DNA from: Octopus sinensis
Taxonomy: Eukaryota
Direction of reading: 5' to 3'
Length of the DNA: 6,298 bases
Assembly: GCF_006345805.1 (NCBI RefSeq)
Contig: NW_021829387.1
Coordinates: 1-6,298, forward strand
Part shown: piece by piece, positions 1-6,298 of the stretch
How the letters are laid out: every line of letters starts with the position of its first letter
How positions within the stretch are numbered: the stretch's first letter is position 1
Translations under genes and position numbers: made by a program
The notes under the pieces: model-generated
Databases searched by the model: none
What the model was told of the DNA's origin: nothing
Seen by the model: the letters and a program-made list of their open reading frames with translations, nothing else

Positions 1-69
1 TTTGTACCGAGACAAAAGCATTTAATTGACCCACGATACAGTATACTACAAACTCACACACCCCACAAA

Positions 70-147
70 CATACACATATATACATACATACGTACATAT
101 CTATACATATACATATATTATATATATAATATTATATATAATATATA

Positions 148-214
<67 letters not shown>

Positions 215-237
215 TGACTATGCATATGTATATATAA
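70..237. repeat. Compound (CA/TA)n to (TA)n microsatellite
   Basis: Degenerate ACAT/ATAC units grade into near-pure (TA)n with occasional TT/AA slips. This explains ORF 26..208 (poly-YI). Confidence 0.97.
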
Positions 238-555
238 TGTAGAAGTAAGAATCAAGGTTGGTCAAATCCAGTTCACATATACATTTATATTTATTCAGCC
301 CTAGACCCAACAATTTCTCCAAAAGTGTATTTAATCAAACATGTCAAAAAATATAGATATATAAAAATATAGAGAGTAATCAATACATTAAAAATATGTA
401 ATATATAGATATACACATTAAAAAATGTGTTAGAAAAATAAATACCTATCCAGGTCAACTCAAGATTATAAAACGAAGTCCTAAAGAGAGTTAAAAGTCT
501 ATAAGATAAGAAGTTTGGGTGTTACTAATCCAGTTAATAATCCTACAGCCGTTTC
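238..555 (-). mobile_element. Inverted (minus-strand) copy of a PLE-like terminal repeat; left arm of a long inverted repeat
   Basis: The reverse complement of 463-555 aligns to 626-706 (GAAACGGCTGTAGGATTATTAAC...ATCTTATAGACTTTTAACTC...CTTCGTTTTATAATCT). The reverse complement of 238-324 aligns to 711-804 (TTTTGGAGAAATT...TGGGTCTAGGGCTGAATAAATATAAATGTAT...CTTACTTCT). Bases 325-462 have no counterpart in the right arm. PLE identity is inferred from the HHR 3' half at the arm's start. Confidence 0.6.
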
Positions 556-640
556 TCTGATGAAAGAGGTGGTGTTCAAAAATGAATGTAAATACCTATT
601 TTATGACTGGACAACTGGATCCCCGGAAACGGCCGTAGGA
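554..640 (+). ncRNA. Rearranged or degenerate type I hammerhead ribozyme (HHR1)
   Basis: TCT(554-556), CTGATGA(557-563), a 62-nt spacer, GAAA(626-629), palindrome ACGGCCGT(629-636), A637, GGA(638-640). Both core boxes and a GUA cleavage triplet are present. Stem I is only 3 bp (one G.U) and stem II is not a clean hairpin. Confidence 0.45.
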
Positions 641-804
641 TTATTAACACACACATTTTTTTATCTTATAGACTTTTAACTCTTTTATGGCTTCGTTTTA
701 TAATCTATAATTTTGGAGAAATTTACGCATGCTGGGTCTAGGGCTGAATAAATATAAATGTATGTATGTATTTGATTTGCCTAACTTTGGTCCTTACTTC
801 TGCA
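556..804 (+). mobile_element. Sense copy of a PLE-like terminal repeat; right arm of the inverted repeat
   Basis: Carries the HHR core followed by about 180 nt (626-804) homologous to the inverted left arm. Confidence 0.6.
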
Positions 805-848
805 TCATTCTAACGCCTGAAGTTTGAACATCTTGAGCACGTCAAAGT

Positions 849-893
849 AAAATCTTTTTCCTTATAATTGGAGAAAATCTTTTTCCTTATAAT
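849..893. repeat. Perfect 20-bp direct repeat with 5-bp spacer
   Basis: AAAATCTTTTTCCTTATAAT at 849-868 and 874-893, separated by TGGAG. Confidence 0.9.
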
Positions 894-894
894 C

Positions 895-1472
895 ATTCTT
901 TCACCCTCTCTTCACACTTTTTCACTCCTTTCACTTTTCCCTCTTTCTTCCTCTCATTTTCTCTTCCTGTTTTCATTTTGACCTATCTCCTCATTCTAAA
1001 CATACACATCTCACCCCCTCCATCCCATCTATCCAGAAATACTACCAATGCATTCTCAAATTTTCATTCACACCACAAGATCCTTTCGAATGAGTAACAC
1101 AGAATCCACGGCTCCATATTTGAAATGACTAAACATGAACTACTATTGGATCTTACATACCATGTATAGGAAACCTTTTTACAACTTCTATACACCATTT
1201 TCCTCGAATAATGAAACTGAAACTACAATATCTTTATATATTTTATATTTATATTTCTACTTTTATTCTCTTAGTTCCCTGTATATTCCTTATCTCCTCC
1301 TTTTCCATAATGATTCCTTATTTTGAACTGAAATATTTACCTCTATTTAACCATCTCACATCGTCTCTGATGAAGGGATATCCATAATATCCCAGAAACA
1401 GCTGTAAGACTATTTCATTATAAATGTCCTAAAAACTCCTCACACCCTTGGCTTTGTTATCTCATTTTGTCT
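895..1472 (+). mobile_element. Decayed Penelope-like retroelement 3' portion ending in an HHR-bearing terminal region
   Basis: A C/T-skewed tract precedes an HHR (1363-1410) and a tail of about 60 nt that abuts a microsatellite. A short in-frame HFDLSPHS (974-997) resembles the HF...HS motif in PLE GIY-YIG C-termini. There is no continuous ORF, and the boundaries are approximate. Confidence 0.4.
1363..1410 (+). ncRNA. Minimal type I hammerhead ribozyme (HHR2) with palindromic stem III
   Basis: Stem I GTCT(1363-1366)/AGAC(1407-1410); core CTGATGA(1367-1373); stem II GGGATAT(1375-1381)/ATATCCC(1387-1393) with loop CCATA; GAAA(1395-1398); stem III palindrome ACAGCTGT(1398-1405); GUA triplet with predicted cleavage at 1406/1407. 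The one flaw is an A.A apposition (1374/1394) at the base of stem II. Confidence 0.82.
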
Positions 1473-1473
1473 A

Positions 1474-1474
<1 letters not shown>

Positions 1475-1557
<83 letters not shown>
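1475..1557. repeat. (TA)6(TG)~35 compound microsatellite
   Basis: TA at 1475-1486, then TG at 1487-1557 with one TA interruption at 1507-1508. Confidence 0.98.
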
Positions 1558-1559
<2 letters not shown>

Positions 1560-1786
1560 TAAGATCAAAACGTTGCTTATTCAGAAAACGAAAAAATAAT
1601 AATTTCAGCATTTCATAGCAAAACCGTTGTACTACACTTTGACAATTTTTGATATCTTGGCATCTGAAGCAGTTGGAAATACGTTAGTTTGACCAAAAGA
1701 ACCGGCTATTTCAAGCAAAAATAATATTGAAAAAAAAACGCTTTTGGCCAAATTTTTACATACGACAGTTTAACATAATAGCAACG

Positions 1787-1800
1787 ATATATATATATAT
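1787..1800. repeat. (AT)7 microsatellite
   Basis: ATATATATATATAT read directly. Confidence 0.9.
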
Positions 1801-2371
1801 TTATGTGAAATAGTATGTTTGCGTAACCAAAAGATTGAATAGTTCACGTCTACGACAACTACTTTGGCTATAAGTATGGTTCAGAATCCATTGTCCAACA
1901 AAGCATGATTGTAATCAGGACAACATAAGTGAAATGATGTCCTACACTGGAAGATTGCCAAATTAGTGTTTAATTCCGTTTCATAGAATTTTCTTTCAAA
2001 ATAACCTCTTTCTACAAAATATTATCCATCAACTTATTGTTTTTAACATGCATTCCGTCATATTTCCTAATTTCCAACATATACTGGCTTTTATGCAGCT
2101 TTGATTGTTTTTTCTGTTTTACCAACTTTCCGAGACGATATTGAAGGTGCAGCAACAGAAAAAATGCAGTTCGTATTACATCGTAAGCTGAATGGGTGTA
2201 CATAGTAACTTCGTATACGGAGAGCAAAGCTTTTTATATAGAGAATATAGCGTAGAAAAACTGGTCAATCCTCTCTCGTAGTTGACGTAATTTTTAATGA
2301 AGTTATACATATCTACACAACAAAGACCAAAGCCACAAGCGAGCTTCAGGAGCAAACTATTTCTTTAATTT

Positions 2372-2391
2372 CATCATTATTATTATTATTA

Positions 2392-2434
<43 letters not shown>
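2372..2434. repeat. (ATT)n tract 1; 3' tail or target of element copy 1
   Basis: CATCAT followed by (TAT)n, with a single 1-nt slip (ATTATATTAT) at about 2391-2393. Confidence 0.97.
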
Positions 2435-2936
2435 GAGTGAGAGAGCAGTGCATGCCATCAAAGTGACACTGGGGTAAAATATACGAAGCCCAATATACCC
2501 ATCATGACTACCCGTCTGATAAGGGTACACTAGGCACATGCATCACAACCATATGTGCGCGACATGGTGATCTCATATCAAGATAAACAGCGCATGACCT
2601 TGCAGGTGGGGCCCAGTTAGAATTTTCTTCTGGCGGAGTAGCCCATCCCGCTCAAAAGGTCCCTGAATAAGGGTTGTTTAATGATGTTGAATGAACCATC
2701 CATGTTTCCAAAGGTGAATTATCGAAACCTCCAAGAATTCCTGCCAACACATGGCTCTGATGCTCCCCCACTACATCTGCTCATGATCAGAGATGTACAT
2801 ATCGTCAGCCACTAAGGGACATGCTTAACTGGTTAAGGTCAAACAACTGACAAGCAAATCTGTGGTATTGAGCAGAATATTTTCTGTAGCCCATCTTTTA
2901 TACCAAGACAAAACAATGTACATGATAACACTTCCA
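2435..2936 (-). mobile_element. Non-LTR retroelement 3' fragment or SINE-like element with (AAT)n tail, copy 1 (502 bp)
   Basis: About 93% identical to 3031-3483 (32 differences by hand count). On the minus strand it ends ...GCACTGCTCTCTCACTC followed by (AAT)n. The 3' end is identical to copy 2 but the 5' end differs, the pattern of target-primed reverse transcription with 5' truncation. No recognisable protein domain. Confidence 0.75.
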
Positions 2937-2968
2937 TATTATTATTATCATTATCGTTATCATCATCA

Positions 2969-3030
<62 letters not shown>
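2937..3030. repeat. (ATT)n tract 2 with ATC/GTT variant units
   Basis: TAT units with a CAT/CGT-containing patch at about 2949-2972, then pure (ATT)n up to the start of copy 2. Confidence 0.97.
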
Positions 3031-3480
3031 GAGTGAGAGAGCAGTGCATGCCATCAAAGTGACACTGGGGTAAAATATACGAAGCCCAATATACCCATCA
3101 TGACTACCCTTCTGATAAGGGTACACTAGGCACATGCATTACAAACATATGTGTGTGAGATGGTGATCTCATATCAAGATAAACAGCGCATGACCTTGCA
3201 GGTGGGGCCCAGCTAAAATTTTCTTCTGGTCGAGTAACCCATCCGTTCAAAAGGTCCCTGAATAAGGGTTGTTTAAGGATGTTGAAAGAACCACCCATCT
3301 TTCAAGAGGTGAATTATTCAAACCCCAAAGAATCCCTCTCAACACATGGCTATGATGCTCCCCCACTACTTCTGCTCGTGATCAGAGATGCACATATCGT
3401 CAGCCACTAAGGGACATGCTCAACTGGTTAAGGTCAAACAACTGACAAGCAAATCTGTGGTATTGAGCAGAATATTTGCT

Positions 3481-3483
<3 letters not shown>
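3031..3483 (-). mobile_element. Same (AAT)n-tailed element, copy 2 (about 453 bp, more 5'-truncated)
   Basis: Begins GAGTGAGAGAGCAGTGCATGCC exactly as copy 1 does. Homology ends at ...GAATATTTGCTGTA, whose final TA overlaps the flanking (TAT)n (2-nt microhomology). Copy 1 extends about 48 bp further. Confidence 0.75.
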
Positions 3484-3534
<51 letters not shown>

Positions 3535-3537
3535 TAT
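3482..3537. repeat. (ATT)n tract 3
   Basis: Pure (TAT)n ending in the same ATTATATTAT slip seen in tract 1. Confidence 0.97.
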
Positions 3538-3974
3538 AGAAATCTTCCACAACATTTGTGTGTATAACTCTTTCATATCAAGTGAGTCCTGATAGATATA
3601 TTAAAATTTAGTAAAATTAATCGCATATTTCTTCGAATACATATTCAAGTCTAACAAACAATCAATCAACGGATGATGAACAACGTCCTGAAACTATAAT
3701 AAACTTATTCGTTATATTTACTTGTAAATTTAGATTATTCCTTTAGCAAACTGTTAATATGGATGCGTTTCGATATGTATTCATCTCTGTATAGATTTAT
3801 AAACCAGACTGAATATAAAATTGTCTCATTGTTTGGGATGTCATCATCATTTGAATTCCATTTTATTCATTAGTCTTTCTTGATTATATAATTGTTATTA
3901 TAATCATTGATTTCTAAATTCCTCAAAGCAGCTGTAGTTTGAAAGTGGTGTATCTGAGCTCTTCTTCTTGGAAA

Positions 3975-4260
3975 AATGAAACGGACCTAAGTGTCTTGAG
4001 AGAGAAAGTAGAATAATTTTAAGGGAAAAAACAGCAAATGCTGTACTGACTCGATAACTGCAAGCCATCCTTCTGTTAGAAGCTGATGTAACCGTAATCA
4101 TGGATATAAAAGTAATCTCAATCCATTGATAGATTGATAATATTGGTGATATTGCTTTGTTTTTACAGCCCGATATCTCATCCTGTGATTTAAATTTATT
4201 TTTCCGCCATGTATCCAATAACGCTAACATCAAAGCAAGAACATCTTATGAAATATTGTG
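3975..4260 (+). pseudogene. Possible highly decayed mariner/Tc1-type transposase C-terminal fragment
   Basis: TACAGCCCGATATCTCATCCTGTGAT (4164-4189) reads YS/PDISSCD with a 1-nt frameshift, continuing LNLFFRHVSNNANIK, versus the mariner motif YSPDLAP(S/C)DxxLF. Upstream, GATAACTGCAAGCCA (4053-4067) resembles DNAxPH and AAACGGACCT (about 3978-3987) resembles KRP. The spacing between the two putative Asp codons (134 nt) is longer than in D34D mariners. Confidence 0.35.
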
Positions 4261-5037
4261 TATGTCCTGTTTTTTTTTTCTTTTTTTCTCTTCCTTTTTT
4301 TATTTGTAGTATTCATGATTTGTTTGCTATATAAAGATAATTCAAATATAATCTCTTATAAAATATCAAGACAGTATTTGAAATACACTAATGTGGAAAA
4401 TGTTTTTGTGTTTTTGTATCGCTACATAAAATTAATCCTTTTTGTAACATTTACCAAATCACTGTAATGGCTCAAACATTTGATCCATATAAATTTTCTT
4501 ATCAATTTACATAGAATCATAAGGGTATCAATGATAAAGCTCAATAGCTACCTGATTATTCGATCAAGGACATGAACTTTCGAGTATCCTATAAAAACTA
4601 CTTATGCCTTTTTTGCAAACCCTGATTGTAAGTTTATTTTATACTCTTCAGCTTTGTGAATGACAACTTAGATCGCATCTAATTGTTGTTTCTTGTATTC
4701 TAAGATGGAAAGAAAACAGATATGTGAACATGGCAGATAAGTAAGTTACAAACAGCGGTTTCATTAACAGAATAAAAAATACTCAAACTGCGGTATAGTA
4801 ATTCTGCAGAATGATTCTACATAACCGTTGTCATTAATTGACGTAGCTATAATTACATAGTAATGTAAACAATAAATAGCTAATATAGAATGAATGCAGT
4901 AATTTCTAATGTAATTCTAATGTAGTTCTGGAGTACATTAAGACATCAAGAGACCAGTTGAAAAAAAAAAAGAAATTTCAGCTGAAAGTATAGCTAAAGG
5001 ACTGATAGCTACAGTAGTATCACTTCTAGCACCATCA

Positions 5038-5058
5038 CTACTACTACTACTACTACTA

Positions 5059-5092
<34 letters not shown>

Positions 5093-5159
5093 GTTGCTAC
5101 TACTACTACTACTACTACTACTGTTGCTACTACTACTACTACTACTACTACTACTGTTG

Positions 5160-5194
<35 letters not shown>

Positions 5195-5198
5195 GTTG

Positions 5199-5262
<64 letters not shown>
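5038..5262. repeat. (CTA)n microsatellite with four identical CTGTTG interruptions
   Basis: (CTA)7-TA-(CTA)10-CTGTTG-(CTA)8-CTGTTG-(CTA)9-CTGTTG-(CTA)11-CTGTTG-(CTA)21. It explains the poly-S, poly-V and poly-L ORFs. Confidence 0.98.
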
Positions 5263-6128
5263 CAGTATACTCTCCACCACTACTATCGGTAGTTTTCGCT
5301 ATAACAATCCCAGCATCAGCAGTAGGCTTGTGTATGAAAGTAATATCAGAACGTATTTTTTTTACCTTCACAAAGAGTGATTCTCTTTCAGCAGCAATAT
5401 TGAAGAAAGTAGATTAATGGAGCAGTTGTTGTTTCAGCGTGCAGTGATTGATAATAATACTGGATGGAAATAGTAGAAACGTACTGACGGTGAAAGATCA
5501 CCGAGAAAAGAAGTAAAGTAAGATTAAAAGAGAAATGTAAGAAAATTTTAAATCCCTAAGAATTACTCTGCGTTTACTTCTTGCATGGGTAAAATATTTC
5601 TGATACAAAGTGGAGGGAAACGGGAAGTTGGGATTTTCAATAGAATTCGAGGAGCATTTCCTGCAGAAATGAAGAGAAACCAATAATCAAAATGCTTTAC
5701 CGTTTCTACTCCAAGGCGGTTTACTTTTCCACTTTATAGCACCTGCTACCCTTATACAAAACTACCAAAATTTCTTCCGACCAACATATCCAATAACAAA
5801 AAAAAAGTCAAGAAACGTTGTTTTTCTTTTTTCTTTTTTGATAGATTCCTAATTTCAGTGTTCAGTGTGATCTCAGAAATCACCGAATCTTGGATAATCC
5901 AGATTTTGTTAATGATTATTGAACAAAACGAAAGAGATTTTTTTTTTACCCTTTTCAGAATTTGACTCATTAGCTAATTGTTTCAATATATTGAATACAT
6001 TAAGGATTATGCAAAACTGAAAATTAATTACGTTGTAAGGAAAATATTGAATATGAGGCGTTCGGAAAATAATTACAGCTAAACGAGATAATAAATGTAT
6101 TATGAATAAGTTTACACTCACATATATA

Positions 6129-6298
6129 TACTCTTTACTCTTTTACTTGTTTCAGTCATTTGACTGCGGCCATGCTGGAGCACCGCCTTTAGTCGAGCAA
6201 ATCGACCCCGGGACTTATTCTTTGTAAGCCCAGTACTTATTCTATCGGTCTCTTTTTGCCGAACCGCTAGGTGACGGGACGTAAACACACCAGCATCG
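6129..6298 (-). mobile_element. 3' end of a SINE-like repeat, truncated by the window edge; resembles a very abundant octopus repeat
   Basis: Abrupt rise in GC content. The minus-strand end is ...CAGTCAAATGACTGAAACAAGTAAAAGAGTAAAGAGTA, with a short tandem tail (TACTCTT x2, 6129-6142) and a terminal hairpin CAGTC/GACTG (6153-6166). Family assignment is from memory and unverified. Confidence 0.7.

Noticed and set aside
26-208. ORF with poly-YI
   Set aside because: It is a translation of the (TA)n microsatellite.
1810-1890. Possible decayed tRNA-derived SINE head (GGTTCAGAATCC, B-box-like, at 1878-1889)
   Set aside because: The B box is imperfect, there is no properly spaced A box, and no cloverleaf forms.
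2206-2306. TAACTTCGTATA matching 12 of 13 nt of a loxP half-site, with a partial inverted GAAGTTAT about 90 bp away
   Set aside because: A loxP site needs two 13-bp arms around an 8-bp spacer. There is no vector context, so this is a chance match.
2802-2808. CTGACGA on the minus strand of both AAT-element copies (also 3397-3403)
   Set aside because: No GAAA box or compatible stems downstream, so it is not a hammerhead.
2357-3298. Minus-strand ORFs 2357-2539, 2839-3135 and 3104-3298 (MCLVYPYQ..., poly-N, MGGSFNIL...)
   Set aside because: They run through the repeat element and its AAT tail and match no domain I recognise. The longest frame is not preserved between copies because of a 1-nt indel.
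2372-3537. Repeat-spacer-repeat pattern superficially like a CRISPR array
   Set aside because: The repeats are trinucleotide microsatellites and the spacers are homologous ~500-bp copies in eukaryotic-type DNA.
3671-3694. GGATG/CGTCC hairpin followed by TGAAAC (HHR stem II-like), also ATGATGA...CTGA (C/D box-like)
   Set aside because: There is no CUGANGA box upstream and no stem III or stem I. The C and D boxes are under 20 nt apart, too close for a snoRNA.
3904-4233. 109-aa minus-strand ORF with hydrophobic stretches (possible receptor fragment)
   Set aside because: No recognisable family motif or exon context, and the opposite strand has a better, mariner-like explanation.
5009-5417. Poly-S, poly-V and poly-L ORFs, and a mucin-like poly-Thr (TTTVATTT) frame
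   Set aside because: All derive from (CTA)n. The Thr frame is broken by a 1-nt deletion at about 5059, has no ATG, and shows no synonymous codon variation.
5476-5508. GAAAC-GTA-CTGACGG plus hairpin CGGTGA-AAGA-TCACCG and GAAA, resembling hammerhead boxes
   Set aside because: The conserved A9 is G, and neither stem I nor stem III can form. At most a very decayed relic or a chance match.

Overview
AT-rich, repeat-dense eukaryotic non-coding DNA. I find no credible intact protein-coding gene; most ORF-track entries are microsatellite or antisense-repeat artefacts. The repeat families look like those I recall from octopus (coleoid cephalopod) genomes, which is recognition from memory and not a database result. 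Main contents: (1) a clean minimal type I hammerhead ribozyme (HHR) at 1363-1410 with a palindromic stem III; (2) a second, rearranged HHR at 554-640 inside a long inverted repeat (238-804), both typical of Penelope-like element (PLE) or retrozyme termini; (3) two minus-strand, differently truncated copies of one element embedded in (ATT)n tracts (2435-3483), with a candidate target-site duplication around the pair; (4) a possible decayed mariner transposase fragment near 3975-4260; (5) a (CTA)n tract with higher-order interruptions; (6) the 3' end of a SINE-like repeat at the right edge.
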